The notes: a model not told the origin generated them from the letters alone. A stretch of DNA of 48,823 nt from Candidatus Nomurabacteria bacterium (GCA_016186435.1 JACPLQ010000008.1:1-48823), one strand, 5' to 3'; shown: positions 1 through 12,670, counted from the first letter of the stretch. Program-made: numbers and translations.

Positions 1-1285
1 GCATGAAAATTCAAATGCTTATAAAATGATCGGCCGTCCATATTTTGACCTCCGGATTTTTACAGAGATATATGCGTCCAAGATCAACGCTAGGTTTATT
101 ATGGCGGATGAAATACTCCGACTTGAAACGATAGGAAGAGCTGATATAGATCATCTCGTTCCCCTTCACCCGTTATCTTACAGAATAGATTTTAACGGAG
201 AAATAGAGATCTCAAAAAGGAAAACAGGTGACGAAAATAATAAAGAACGTAGAAAATTTCAGATATTAAATGAAAATACTGTTCGGGAAATAAAGTCCGC
301 GCTTCTTGAAAAGAAAAATGTTTTTATTTTTTCGCTGCGCAAAGGCCTCGCTACAGAAACACTCTGCAAAGATTGCGGAGATACGGTAAGCTGTAAAAAG
401 TGCGGAGCCCCCCTCGTGCTTTACTTATCGCATCAGGGCAAAAAGAGGATGTTTGTCTGCAACCGTTGCGAGGAAGAAAAGGAAGGGGATACGTCCTGCG
501 CTTCCTGCGGAAGTTGGAATCTGGTACCACTCGGAGTCGGTACAGATACCGTGTACGAAGAAACGCGAAAACTATTTCAAAAAACTAAAATTTACAAACT
601 GGACAAAGAATCTGTAAAGACGGCTGCTAAAGCAAAAGCAATTGTAAAAGAATTTTCCGCCAAAGGCGCCGCGCCTGCCGGGTTTGGCGGGCAGGGATTC
701 GCCTCTGGCGGAGAAGGTAAAATCCTTATCGGCACTGAAATGACATTTTTTTATTTAAAAAATAGTGTTCCGATTTCTGTAATAGCTTCTTTTGATTCGC
801 TTTGGAACATACCAAGTTTTAAAATGAGCGAAAAAATTATCCAAATCATACTCTCCGCTATAAGCATCACCGAGGATAAATTAATAATCCAGACAAAGAA
901 CGATGGCGATGAGATCATAAAATCTATAAAGTCAGGCAACTTGTTGTCTTTCGTCCGCGAGGAACTGGAAGACAGGAAAAAATTAGATTATCCGCCATAT
1001 AAAAGATTTATAAAGATCACCCATACGGGCAACAAAGAAGAAACAAGGGTGGCAAGAAAAGTTATAGAGGAAATGCTTGAAGGATATTCGCCGGAAATTT
1101 TCAGCGGATTCATAGCGAGATTAAAAGGGAAATATGTAACCAACGCGCTAATAAAACTTGATCTAAAGAAATGGTCATTGCCGGAAATTTCTAGCGGTGG
1201 AAGTTTGGATAAAAATTTACTAGAAAAACTGTCTTTCTTGCCTTTCTCTTTTAATGTGCAGGTTGATCCGGAAGACTTGTTGTAA
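1..1285 (+). CDS. priA: Primosomal protein N' (PriA), 5'-partial
   Basis: Frame is open back to the window start (HENSNAYK-MIGRPY). Four CxxC pairs (CKDC, CKKC, CNRC, CASC), GVGT, ILIGT and a C-terminal YPPY match the PriA C-terminal half. Confidence 0.88.
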   Translation, partial: HENSNAYKMIGRPYFDLRIFTEIYASKINARFIMADEILRLETIGRADIDHLVPLHPLSYRIDFNGEIEISKRKTGDENNKERRKFQILNENTVREIKSALLEKKNVFIFSLRKGLATETLCKDCGDTVSCKKCGAPLVLYLSHQGKKRMFVCNRCEEEKEGDTSCASCGSWNLVPLGVGTDTVYEETRKLFQKTKIYKLDKESVKTAAKAKAIVKEFSAKGAAPAGFGGQGFASGGEGKILIGTEMTFFYLKNSVPISVIASFDSLWNIPSFKMSEKIIQIILSAISITEDKLIIQTKNDGDEIIKSIKSGNLLSFVREELEDRKKLDYPPYKRFIKITHTGNKEETRVARKVIEEMLEGYSPEIFSGFIARLKGKYVTNALIKLDLKKWSLPEISSGGSLDKNLLEKLSFLPFSFNVQVDPEDLL

Positions 1286-1328
1286 AAATTTTAATTTGTG
1301 GTATCATTTTGGCGAAGGAGGAAAGTTC

Positions 1329-1526
1329 ATGACTTGTTTCAGTAATGCACCAAAAGAGGAAAGTCACACACCAACAGCAGAAGAACAGTCTGGGTTCGAA
1401 ATTGTTGGGGGGTGCATGTCGATGCCAGCCGAGAAAGATCTTGTCGGAGTGACAACACACCGACAAGAAGGAGTAGCCGACCATGTCGGCAGAGTGGTGG
1501 AGAGAGACCACCACAATGACAAATAA
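1329..1526 (+). CDS. Small orphan protein (65 aa)
   Basis: ATG at 1329 is preceded by AAGGAGG and an extended -10 (TGG-TATCAT, ~1299-1307). No recognisable domain. Confidence 0.5.
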   Translation: MTCFSNAPKEESHTPTAEEQSGFEIVGGCMSMPAEKDLVGVTTHRQEGVADHVGRVVERDHHNDK

Positions 1527-1589
1527 TCGCCCGGATTCGGACGGAAGAAGGCCTTAGCCTTAGCTTCACCGAGACGGGCTTTCTTCTTT

Positions 1590-2297
1590 TTAGGCAACTA
1601 TTACTGTGAACTCTCCTCTCTGTTTTTCTTTATTTTTTACAAAATATTCCAAGACTTCCGCCGGAGTGCCGGTCTTAAATTCTTCATAAATTTTCGTGAG
1701 CTCGCGCGCAACGCAGACTTTTTTCTGACTCTCTTTGGGACAAAATTTTACAAGCGATTCCAAAGTTTTTAAAATCCTGTGAGGAGATTCGTAAAATGCC
1801 ATAGTCCTTTTTGACGCGATTATTTCTTTAAATAACGTTTCTCTGCCTTTCTTGTGCGGCAAAAAACCCAAAAAAGTAAATTCATGCGTTGGTAGTCCTG
1901 AAGCTGATAGTGCGGCTATAACTGCTGAAGCTCCCGGCACCGGAACCACATCTACGCTATAGCGTAGATTGGAATCATTCTTTATTTTTGATACGAGTAA
2001 TGCTCCCGGATCCGAAATCCCCGGCGTGCCGGCGTCCGACACAAGAGCTAAATTTTTTCCTTCTTTTAAAAGTTCAAATATCTTAGCCAGTTTGCTCTGT
2101 CTATAATTTTTTCCGACGACATCGTCGGATGGATAGCTCATCGTCGGCTTGTGAATGTCGTATTTATCCAAAAGCTTTTTCGTTTCCCGCGTATCTTCGC
2201 ATAAAATTAAATCTACGGTTTTTAGCGTCTCTAAAGCTCTTAAAGTTATATCTCCCATATTTCCGATCGGCGTCGCTACAATGTAAAATTTGGACAT
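1590..2297 (-). CDS. rsmI: 16S rRNA C1402 2'-O-methyltransferase RsmI
   Basis: YIVATPIGN, CEDTR, VSDAGTPGISDPG, FYESPHR, ARELTK and GEF motifs. Start set at MSKFY (2297), just after the atpC stop. Confidence 0.95.
   Translation of the reverse strand: MSKFYIVATPIGNMGDITLRALETLKTVDLILCEDTRETKKLLDKYDIHKPTMSYPSDDVVGKNYRQSKLAKIFELLKEGKNLALVSDAGTPGISDPGALLVSKIKNDSNLRYSVDVVPVPGASAVIAALSASGLPTHEFTFLGFLPHKKGRETLFKEIIASKRTMAFYESPHRILKTLESLVKFCPKESQKKVCVARELTKIYEEFKTGTPAEVLEYFVKNKEKQRGEFTVIVA
1950..1969. repeat. Perfect 20-bp palindrome inside rsmI
   Basis: ATCTACGCTA|TAGCGTAGAT, within the DSNLRYSVD loop. Confidence 0.8.
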
Positions 2298-2302
2298 CTG
2301 GT

Positions 2303-2749
2303 TTATTTTCGGTATTTCTTCGTCCGCCATTTATCGGCAATTTTCACACGGGTGAGAGAGCGCTCAAGCTCAGCTTCAAAATGCTCAAAATCTACATGTT
2401 CTTTATTTTCCATTTGCTTTTTCAATTCCTCTGCGCGAAGTTTTGCTTTTTCAACTTTCTCTTCCGTTATTTCAGAAACATGCTCGGCAAAATCCGCGAG
2501 CACAGCGACTTCAGTAATATCTTCTCCATTCTTTTTCACTTCCAAAAATCCGCCGACGATAGCCATCGGCACATGTTCACCATTCGTGAAAGCGACCACA
2601 TCCCCGGAAGTCAGAGCGGTGATGAGTGGAATATGGTCCGGTAGTACCGTAATCTCGCCAAGTGTCGTAGGCAGACTGACTTGATCCACCATTTCTTCAA
2701 ATACCAAACGCTCTGGGGTAACTATTTTTAATTTTAATTTCTTTGCCAT
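2303..2749 (-). CDS. atpC: ATP synthase epsilon subunit
   Basis: LKIVTPE, GEITVLPDHIP and GGFLEV motifs; last gene of the atp operon. Confidence 0.95.
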   Translation of the reverse strand: MAKKLKLKIVTPERLVFEEMVDQVSLPTTLGEITVLPDHIPLITALTSGDVVAFTNGEHVPMAIVGGFLEVKKNGEDITEVAVLADFAEHVSEITEEKVEKAKLRAEELKKQMENKEHVDFEHFEAELERSLTRVKIADKWRTKKYRK

Positions 2750-2752
2750 AAT

Positions 2753-4144
<1,392 letters not shown>

Positions 4145-4165
4145 TTATTAATAATTTTTAATATA

Positions 4166-4207
4166 CCCCCTCTGTCCTTCGGACATCTCCCCCTTCGCAG
4201 GGGGAGA
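4166..4207. repeat. REP-like double hairpin between atpG and atpD
   Basis: TGTCC-TTC-GGACA followed by TCTCCCCCT-TCGC-AGGGGGAGA. Confidence 0.75.
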
Positions 4208-4210
4208 AAA

Positions 4211-5101
4211 TCAACTTACACTTGCCATACCTGCGCTAATTTCCGATATCTCTCTCGTAATGTTCGCCTGTCTCGCTTTGTTGAACATCAAAGTCAGGTC
4301 GTCTATCATTTCGCTCGAAGCTTCGCTTGCATTTTTCATAGCTATCATGCGCGATGATTGTTCGGAAGCGTTTGATTCTAAAATCATCTGATAAATTTGC
4401 ATGCGGGTAATCTTTTCAGCTAGTGATTTTATCAATACATCGAAATCTCCTTCAAATAAATATTCTGTCTTAGGCCTCACCCCTACCCTCTCCTTATCGG
4501 GGAGAGGGGGAAGAAAGTCTTTTTTTAAAATGGGTAATAATTGCTTGACCGCCGGTTTTTGTGATAAAGCAGAAGTGAAATGCGTGTATGCTATGTAAAC
4601 TTTTTTATAATTGCCGTTCCTGTATTCATCTATAATAAGTTTCGTAAGAGGCAATACATCTCTTAATCCGATGTTCACATCCGGTATATCGGTAAATACT
4701 CCCATTATATTTTGATCCACTCTTCGCATAGCCACATCTCCTTTTCTGCCGACTGTTACTATATCAGCCTCCTCGCCTTCTCCTAAAAGTCTTAATGTCT
4801 GGAGCGCTAGCTTTATTACCTGTGAATTATATCCTCCGCATAGTCCGCGATTAGAAGTAATGAGAACTATGAGATTTTTTCCCTCCGCCTGCTCATTCCA
4901 GAGCGGATCGGTAGATTTTTCTATGTTTTGAGCCACAGACGCAAGAATCTCTGAAGAATATTCTGCATACAGGCGAGAAGCCAAAGTAGAAGAAACCGCG
5001 CGCTTCATCTTTGAAGCTGCTACGAGCTCCATAGCTTTCGTGATTTTCTTCGTGTTCTTCACACTCTTTATTCTTCTTTTAATTTCTTTGGTTCCGGGCA
5101 T
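4211..5101 (-). CDS. atpG: ATP synthase gamma subunit
   Basis: KITKAMELVAASK, RGLCGGYN and ARQANITREISEI motifs. Confidence 0.98.
   Translation of the reverse strand: MPGTKEIKRRIKSVKNTKKITKAMELVAASKMKRAVSSTLASRLYAEYSSEILASVAQNIEKSTDPLWNEQAEGKNLIVLITSNRGLCGGYNSQVIKLALQTLRLLGEGEEADIVTVGRKGDVAMRRVDQNIMGVFTDIPDVNIGLRDVLPLTKLIIDEYRNGNYKKVYIAYTHFTSALSQKPAVKQLLPILKKDFLPPLPDKERVGVRPKTEYLFEGDFDVLIKSLAEKITRMQIYQMILESNASEQSSRMIAMKNASEASSEMIDDLTLMFNKARQANITREISEISAGMASVS
4475..4510. repeat. REP-like element in-frame in atpG
   Basis: CCTCACCCCTA-CCCTCTCC...GGAGAGGG hairpin, read as PPLPDKERVGVR in AtpG. Confidence 0.7.
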
Positions 5102-5127
5102 AAATATTTCAAATAGAGTTTTAGACT

Positions 5128-5154
5128 CCAGATAGAGGCTAAACCTCTATCTGG
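5128..5154. repeat. 11-bp-stem hairpin overlapping the atpA stop
   Basis: CCAGATAGAGG-CTAAA-CCTCTATCTGG. Same GAGG-N5-CCTC core as the RAYT-linked REP at 42008 and 42230. Confidence 0.7.
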
Positions 5155-6652
5155 CTAGAAAGTTACTTTTAAAATCTTCTATAACTTTTTTTAATTCTTC
5201 TTCGCCTTTATCGCTCCACATTTTTTTCTCAGCAACTTCTTTATAAAATACTTTTGCATTTCGCTCGCTGTATTCTATAAGGCCATTTTCAAATGCTTTA
5301 ATTTTTTCTACCGGCACATCATCCATATATCCTTTTGTAAGAGCGTAAAGAGTGGCCACTTGGTGTTCTGTTTTAACAGGAGCGTACTGAAGCTGTTTTA
5401 AGACTTCTACGGCTCTTTTTCCGCGCTCAAGAGTTCGCTTTGTGGAATCATCCAAATCCGAGCCGAATTGAGAAAATGCTTCAAGCTCTCGGAACTGCGC
5501 CAACTCCAGTTTTAAAGTTCCAGATACTTTCTTCATAGCTTTTATTTGAGCATCTCCTCCCACACGAGACACGGAAGAACCGACGTTGACCGCCGGGCGA
5601 ATGCCTTTATAAAATAAATCGGTTTCCAAAAATATTTGCCCGTCAGTAATGGAAATAACATTCGTAGGAATGTAAGCAGAAATATCTCCGGCCTGAGTTT
5701 CAATTATCGGAAGCGCAGTGATTGAGCCGCCGCCATATTTTTCATTCCTTCGGCAAGCACGTTCAAGTAAACGAGAGTGCAAGTAAAAAACGTCTCCCGG
5801 GTACGCTTCACGGCCGGGCGGACGGCGAAGCAAAAGAGAAATTTCTCGGTATGCCACGGCGTGTTTGGAAAGATCGTCGTAAATAATTAAAACATCTTTT
5901 CCTTGGTCCATAAAATATTCTGCAATGGATACTCCAGTATAGGGAGCGATATATGCGAGAGACGCCGCTTCAGATGCCCCTGCAGAAACTATAACTGTGT
6001 ACGCCATAGCTCCGCCTTCTTCCAAACGAGCCTCAACCTTGCGGAGCTTAGAATCTTTCTGGCCGATTGAAACATACACGCAGATCATGTTCTGGCCTTT
6101 TTGATTTAAAATAGCATCAATAGCGATTGCAGTTTTTCCGGTCTGGCGGTCTCCGATGATAAGCTCGCGCTGTCCGCGGCCCACGGGAATTATGGCATCT
6201 ATGACTTTGATACCGGTAGCCACTGGCTGGTCCACAGACAAGCGAGTGACGACTCCGGGGGCAACTTTTTCAATAGGATAAGTCTTATTCGCCTTTATTG
6301 CGCCCTTGCCGTCTATCGGAGTACCGATAGCATTTACAACACGGCCCAAAATATCGTCGGAAACAGGAATTTCTAAAATTCTGCCGGTAGCTTTTACTTC
6401 ATCGCCTTCTTTTATTTTAGAAAAGTCTCCAAAGATAATTACACCTACCAAGTCTTCTTCCAAATTGAGCGCGACACCCGCAGCCCCATTTGGAAAAGCA
6501 ACCATTTCAGAAGATTTAATATCAGACAAACCGGACACTTTCGCGATCCCGTCAAATACTTCAAGAACTTTACCTATCTTCTCGGCTTTTATCTGAATAG
6601 AAAAATTTTCTATCTCTCTTTTTAAATTTTCTACGATGTTATTTGTGCTCAT
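5147..6652 (-). CDS. atpA: ATP synthase alpha subunit
   Basis: GDRQTGKT and [22 protein letters not shown] motifs. Confidence 0.99.
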   Translation of the reverse strand: MSTNNIVENLKREIENFSIQIKAEKIGKVLEVFDGIAKVSGLSDIKSSEMVAFPNGAAGVALNLEEDLVGVIIFGDFSKIKEGDEVKATGRILEIPVSDDILGRVVNAIGTPIDGKGAIKANKTYPIEKVAPGVVTRLSVDQPVATGIKVIDAIIPVGRGQRELIIGDRQTGKTAIAIDAILNQKGQNMICVYVSIGQKDSKLRKVEARLEEGGAMAYTVIVSAGASEAASLAYIAPYTGVSIAEYFMDQGKDVLIIYDDLSKHAVAYREISLLLRRPPGREAYPGDVFYLHSRLLERACRRNEKYGGGSITALPIIETQAGDISAYIPTNVISITDGQIFLETDLFYKGIRPAVNVGSSVSRVGGDAQIKAMKKVSGTLKLELAQFRELEAFSQFGSDLDDSTKRTLERGKRAVEVLKQLQYAPVKTEHQVATLYALTKGYMDDVPVEKIKAFENGLIEYSERNAKVFYKEVAEKKMWSDKGEEELKKVIEDFKSNFLAR

Positions 6653-6656
6653 GGTT

Positions 6657-7064
6657 TTATTTCGCGCTATGTGTTAGGTATTCTTGTAATTTCTTCATTC
6701 TATTCTTTAAGGTCAAATCTATCACTTCATCATTCACTTCTATCCGGAATCCGCCCAGCAGTTTTTCATCTATATTTTCTTTAAAAGCCACTCTCCTGCC
6801 TTCGTAGCGTTTTGATAAAGCCTCGGTAATATCCTTTTTTGTCTTTTCGCTAATTTTTTCAACACTAGACACTTTGGCGGAGATTATTTTCTCTTCATCG
6901 TTCGCTATTTTATCTAATCGGACCAGAATGTCCGCTGTTTTTGACAGCAATTTTCTTTTTGCTAAAAATCGCACAACTTTTTCATAAAATTCTGCCTTAT
7001 TCCCCTCTTCCTTAGAGGCTAAATAAATCGCGCGAGCTATGTTATTGTTTGAAAGTACTGCCAT
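6657..7064 (-). CDS. atpH: ATP synthase delta subunit (short form)
   Basis: Lies between atpF and atpA; C-terminal [21 protein letters not shown] is the OSCP/delta motif. Confidence 0.9.
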   Translation of the reverse strand: MAVLSNNNIARAIYLASKEEGNKAEFYEKVVRFLAKRKLLSKTADILVRLDKIANDEEKIISAKVSSVEKISEKTKKDITEALSKRYEGRRVAFKENIDEKLLGGFRIEVNDEVIDLTLKNRMKKLQEYLTHSAK

Positions 7065-7137
7065 CCCAGTACTAAAATTTTAAATTGTTAATAATATTGG
7101 TCATTTGTTTTTTTGTGAATTTAGTACAGGACATGTA
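7065..7137 (-). repeat. 73-bp element, copy 1 (entire atpF-atpH spacer)
   Basis: Minus strand reads TACATGTCCTGTACTAAATT...AAAATTTTAGTACTGGG directly followed by ATG. Confidence 0.85.
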
Positions 7138-7599
7138 TTATAAATTATTCAAATCGGGCTTCTCTTTAATTAATTTCTCTGTCGCGAGCATTGAAAGAGC
7201 TATGATTTCTTTCTTTGCTTCCTCAACCATTTTCACTTTTTCGGCTTCAAGCGTTTTTTTGCCATTTTCCACTACTGACGCTACTTCATTCTTGGCAGTT
7301 TCAAGCATTTCTGCTCTTTTTGTCTCCGCCTCTTTCTTGCCTTCCTGAAAAATTTTATTCGCTTCGGCTTTGGCTTTGGCGATAGCTGTGTTGTATTCTT
7401 CTTCGGTTTTAGCCAGCATATATGCGTTTGTTTTTGCATCGTCAACACCCTTGGCTATTTTTTCGCTTCGCTCGGCCATAAGCTTTGACAGAGGCTTAAG
7501 GGCAAAGATATACAGTACGGCAAACACAACTCCGAAATTTATCGCTTGGGCGATGATAATTTTCCAATCTATGTGAAATGTGGAAATGATTGAATCCAT
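7138..7599 (-). CDS. atpF: ATP synthase b subunit
   Basis: AQAINF TM anchor, KPL..ER..I and a coiled coil. Start set at MDSII. Confidence 0.95.
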   Translation of the reverse strand: MDSIISTFHIDWKIIIAQAINFGVVFAVLYIFALKPLSKLMAERSEKIAKGVDDAKTNAYMLAKTEEEYNTAIAKAKAEANKIFQEGKKEAETKRAEMLETAKNEVASVVENGKKTLEAEKVKMVEEAKKEIIALSMLATEKLIKEKPDLNNL

Positions 7600-7605
7600 G
7601 GTTTT

Positions 7606-7688
7606 ATTCTCCTCTTGAGGAGTACCCTTTAGGGGGAGGTGGACAAATACTTCCACCCCGCCCGAGGGGCACCCCTCAAGAGGGGAAT
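7606..7688. repeat. Inverted REP doublet (REPIN/BIME-like) between atpE and atpF
   Basis: Forward copy TCCACCCCGCCCGAGGGGCACCCCTCAAGAGGGGAA (7652-7687) and a diverged inverted copy at ~7607-7643. Confidence 0.8.
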
Positions 7689-7689
7689 C

Positions 7690-8817
<1,128 letters not shown>

Positions 8818-8831
<14 letters not shown>

Positions 8832-9087
8832 TTCTTTCCGTTTTTTTCAATTTTTTCATATAATCTCGCACTATTTTAAATATGCCATAACCGGTTACGA
8901 GAAAGCCGAATCCAGCCAGGACCAAAAAAATTACCGGCTCCGTGCCAAAACGTCCGTCCATGTATTTACCGAAAACCAGTGCACCGACTATCGGTACCAC
9001 GATCCAAGTAGAAACATCGCTCATGAGCTTGACGCCCTCCTTCCACCAGGGGCCTTTATTATAAACCTTTTTTTCTTCTTCCGCCAT
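8818..9087 (-). CDS. AtpZ/AtpI-family membrane protein
   Basis: Two TM helices with G.Y.D.RFGT.P; first gene of the atp operon. Confidence 0.85.
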
Positions 9088-9176
9088 TTGGCGCAATTAT
9101 ACACTTTTAGTGAACTTTTTGCGAGAGGAAATCCTAATGCGCTCCGCCGTTATTTTTTAGGGCAAATGGAGCGGGG

Positions 9177-9545
9177 TTAAAAAAAATCAGACACTCTGGA
9201 AATAGCAACATTGCTCACATCTTCGTCATTATAATTATCGACATGGGAAGAAATACACAAAAAAGCTATCATCGCGCCGTTGACAACAAACCAAACTCTT
9301 GGCCATTGATTTGGTCTTAATCCAGAATTTGGAATAACGAGTTCGGTTTTCCAGAGTGTCCAAATATCATTTTGAGTTACGCGATGCAGCTTAGCTGGCG
9401 CAATAACCTGCTTTGGTTTTGTCGGGTTAAATTGAACTTCACACAATCTCTCAAAAGAGGCTAAGCCATCTCGTATAGTGCGAAATCGCCGCTCTAGAGC
9501 GGCGATTTCTTTCTGAACGCCCTCGTGATAGAAAAATTCAATCAT
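9177..9545 (-). CDS. Putative toxin (RelE/ParE-like size and pattern) of a Panacea TA pair
   Basis: 122 aa with a 4-nt ATGA overlap with the upstream antitoxin-like gene; WK...RVWF pattern. Confidence 0.6.
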   Translation of the reverse strand: MIEFFYHEGVQKEIAALERRFRTIRDGLASFERLCEVQFNPTKPKQVIAPAKLHRVTQNDIWTLWKTELVIPNSGLRPNQWPRVWFVVNGAMIAFLCISSHVDNYNDEDVSNVAISRVSDFF

Positions 9546-10033
9546 AAATCACTAAAATCAGTACCACGGTAGAAAGCCAACTCATATGCTATTTCTTTTC
9601 GTAATTCTGTACCAACATATGGCGCTTCTGCGTGAGATAATTCTTCCAATTGTTTTCCATTTAAATGACCGTATTTGACTACAATTCGGTCAAGCATTTT
9701 TTTCTCCTCACCCGAGAAAACTGATAAATCTGGTTCAGTCAGACATTTATAAACTTCTGTCGGATTGTATCCTTCACGCTCCCCAACCTGTTCAATTTCA
9801 AGTATTTTACTCTTGGCCATTTCTCTAGTGATTTCTTCCAATGAAGAAGGAACTGGCCCCATGGGAAGCGCATTGTACACATCGCCAGTTATTGATTTTT
9901 GAATTTTTTCATACAAGTCAAAATCAGCGAAATATAGCAACTTCGCTAATTTTTTCTTTCCCCGTACTTCGCCCTTAAGCTTCCGGCACAAATACAGGAC
10001 CGCATTTTGGTATTTTTTCCGGTGCAGAGACAT
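9542..10033 (-). CDS. Panacea/SocA (DUF4065) antitoxin
   Basis: KLAKLLYFADF, ITG..Y.ALPMGPVP and L.ELSH...Y are typical DUF4065 motifs. Confidence 0.85.
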   Translation of the reverse strand: MSLHRKKYQNAVLYLCRKLKGEVRGKKKLAKLLYFADFDLYEKIQKSITGDVYNALPMGPVPSSLEEITREMAKSKILEIEQVGEREGYNPTEVYKCLTEPDLSVFSGEEKKMLDRIVVKYGHLNGKQLEELSHAEAPYVGTELRKEIAYELAFYRGTDFSDL

Positions 10034-10146
10034 ACCTATATAATACTAAAAATTACAGTAAAGAGCAAACTACAGTTAATAAGTATTTCTATGTTGCAAA
10101 ACAATTATTTAACTAGGCAAGACCTAGTCATTACTCGGGAAAATAA

Positions 10147-10557
10147 TCATACCTTCAGGAATCCATTCTTATTGATTAATACTTCAAGTATTTTTAAAAT
10201 ATTCTTTCCAATTTTCATTGCTTGTTCTGCGTCCTTTTGATTAAATCTCTTTTCTGATAAGTACATTTTGTGAGCAATTTCATTGCGACTCGTGTTGTAA
10301 TTTCTAAGCATAAGCAATAGCTTTTTTGTTTCAGTAGTCTTTTTCATACATGCTTGGAACATAAATATGAGATTACCGAGCGTCCTTTCTAACAAAGATT
10401 TGCTATATTTCTTATCCCGCAGTGAAGAATACAAAAGAATAACAATTACAAGTGTTGTTTGAACTTCATTCGTTTGCAAAATAAACTTTCCGAATATCTC
10501 ATTTTCTGATTCTGGAGCAAATAAAAGTGGTTTCCTTGTGTTTCTTTTCTCTGGCAT
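10147..10557 (-). CDS. Hypothetical protein, possible HEPN RNase
   Basis: Helical 136-aa protein with TLG.L and RNEIAH (Rx4H). Confidence 0.55.
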   Translation of the reverse strand: MPEKRNTRKPLLFAPESENEIFGKFILQTNEVQTTLVIVILLYSSLRDKKYSKSLLERTLGNLIFMFQACMKKTTETKKLLLMLRNYNTSRNEIAHKMYLSEKRFNQKDAEQAMKIGKNILKILEVLINKNGFLKV

Positions 10558-10603
10558 TACTCAATTTGATTTTTACTTATCATGTTTTATGATTTGGTTC
10601 ATT

Positions 10604-11326
10604 TTAATTTCGAATTAGACATTTGTTATATTCTTCACTTAAGAATATATTTATTTTATCGATGGCTTGCTGTTTACTATTTTCTATATCGGCCTTCTGA
10701 CTTTTCCAATATGTTTGTTGGTCATTATATATTTTTTGAGCTTGGAGATCGGCATCATTGTTATATTCGGTAATTAAAGATAGTTTATCGGAACCTGTTA
10801 AATCTGGATTACCACTAATAAGAGCCTGTTGTTTTTTGGTGTAATCGTAAACTTTGTTTACTGCATCATGATATTGTTCATTAAGGGAGTTAAACACTTC
10901 TTGCAACCTATCATTTATTGCCTGATTGATTTTTAAGATTGCAGTGTTGTAATCACTTTCTTTAATTGTTTTACACTTGGCAATTTTTAATTCCATGCTT
11001 CCCTCGTTTGATGTCACAGAAGTTGGAATTACTTCTTGCGATACTTTTGGTTGTGTAATGGTGGTATCTTCATTGATCTTTTTCTTTAAATCTTCGATTT
11101 CCGTTTTCAACTTTTCTATATTTTCAGCTTGATCAGCTTTTGAGGACTCTTCTTGCGTTTCAGAGGAGGTTTTTGTTGGGTTAGAAGAAACATCCGTCGT
11201 TTGCTCAATTTTTATTTCAGATGATCTTTTAAAAATTTTCCAAGTAAAAGGATTCCACCACACAGCTAATGTTACTTGTGGAATAATCAGAAGAGAAATT
11301 ATTGAAAGCAATAAAATTTTTTTCAT
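10604..11326 (-). CDS. Secreted coiled-coil hypothetical protein
   Basis: Signal peptide, WWNPFTW motif, low-complexity linker and helical C-terminus. Confidence 0.75.
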   Translation of the reverse strand: MKKILLLSIISLLIIPQVTLAVWWNPFTWKIFKRSSEIKIEQTTDVSSNPTKTSSETQEESSKADQAENIEKLKTEIEDLKKKINEDTTITQPKVSQEVIPTSVTSNEGSMELKIAKCKTIKESDYNTAILKINQAINDRLQEVFNSLNEQYHDAVNKVYDYTKKQQALISGNPDLTGSDKLSLITEYNNDADLQAQKIYNDQQTYWKSQKADIENSKQQAIDKINIFLSEEYNKCLIRN

Positions 11327-11445
11327 AAATTATTTTGTAAAATACTTGATATCTTTATTGTAAATCTTTGTAAAAACTTGAAGTTCTACAAAATAAGCAT
11401 ATTTCTTTATTCGTATTGACCTAATCATATAATACTATTGTCTAT

Positions 11446-11532
11446 CTAAACATTCAATGCTTTGGCCATTTTCGTAATAGTTGAAAGTGTCGGATTTTTA
11501 TTGCCACTTTCAACATTGTTTATGTATGCTCT
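11446..11532 (-). pseudogene. C-terminal remnant of an XRE-family HTH regulator
   Basis: Manual translation RAYINNVESGNKNPTLSTITKMAKALNV*, with no in-frame start upstream. Confidence 0.7.
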
Positions 11533-11562
11533 GTATCGCCTCGTGTTTCTGGTTCGTTCATG

Positions 11563-12618
11563 TTATTTTGATTTCCTCGCTTCATTTATAGCACGCTCAA
11601 CCATAAATCTTACTCCCTCACTCATGTTTTCATTTTCAAGACGAATATTTGGATGGAGCTCCTGAAAGACTCTGTAAATTTCATCTGCGAAAGCCTGACC
11701 AACCATAGGAACATTTTCATAATCAAAAAGTATAATTTTAAATTTTTCTAGTCCCGCTAATACTCGACGGGCTTGTGAGCGAGAAATATGAATACCGCCT
11801 GCTGTAAACAATTTGACTCGAATTTCAGTTTTATCAAAACCATAATCACTTTCATTTACTAAATTTGTATACTTTTTAAATACATCATTTAAATGACGAT
11901 TTGAATTAGAGTTAATTCTAAAAATTACTCGCGTTCCTCTTTTTTTAAGTGGTATTCTGTGAATAGATACATCAGATTTTATCGTATTAATAACTAATTG
12001 ATATCCAAAACTATCAAGAATAAAAATGTCACCTGATTTAGAAGTAAAGAAAATACCTTCTCCAGAATGAGATTTTGGCATAGTTGTAGTTTTTCCCTTC
12101 AATAGATCTTGTATAGCCTGAATTTCGGATTTAAGATTTCTTTTTTTCATTATATTTCGAAAAACTCCCACCCCAGAATCATTCACAATAAACGAAAGAT
12201 CTTTTTCTCTTACCGCAACCTCGATTGATATACTTTTTGATTGTGAGTGCTCTATCGCATTATTAAACATTTCAGAAAATGCAAAAGTAAAAATACTTCT
12301 CACATTTTCTGGCAATTGAGCGAGTTTGGGAAATCTCTCCTCTATTTCAAGAAGTATTTTATGTTCTTCTAACGACTCATTTTTGTATGTTTTTTTAAAA
12401 ACATTTGGCACAATATCTGGGTGTTTTAAAATGTAGTCTTTGGACACATAAAAAGCATTACGGGTACTGCCGAGTTTCACGACCTCTTTTTCAGTAGCCA
12501 GGTCAGAAATAACCATATTTACATACTGGCGAGAAACTCCAACAACCTCTGTGATTTCACTAGATGTGATCTTACCTTTTTGCTTTATTAACTGCAGTAT
12601 TTTATCCTTATTTGTCAT
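11563..12618 (-). CDS. wHTH + HATPase + STAS-like (DUF4325) protein
   Basis: N-terminal HTH; EMFNNAIEH, D.G.G and HSGEGIF GHKL boxes; C-terminal SRSQARR..FADE. Confidence 0.8.
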   Translation of the reverse strand: MTNKDKILQLIKQKGKITSSEITEVVGVSRQYVNMVISDLATEKEVVKLGSTRNAFYVSKDYILKHPDIVPNVFKKTYKNESLEEHKILLEIEERFPKLAQLPENVRSIFTFAFSEMFNNAIEHSQSKSISIEVAVREKDLSFIVNDSGVGVFRNIMKKRNLKSEIQAIQDLLKGKTTTMPKSHSGEGIFFTSKSGDIFILDSFGYQLVINTIKSDVSIHRIPLKKRGTRVIFRINSNSNRHLNDVFKKYTNLVNESDYGFDKTEIRVKLFTAGGIHISRSQARRVLAGLEKFKIILFDYENVPMVGQAFADEIYRVFQELHPNIRLENENMSEGVRFMVERAINEARKSK

Positions 12619-12624
12619 AAGCAA

Positions 12625-12670
12625 GTCTATTGTAAACTAATCTATATTCAATTGTCAAGTAATTGTCAAC
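12625..12670 (-). promoter_or_regulatory. Sigma70 promoter with direct repeats
   Basis: Minus strand TTGACA-18 nt-TACAAT; TTGACAATT occurs twice with an 11-bp period. Confidence 0.55.
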
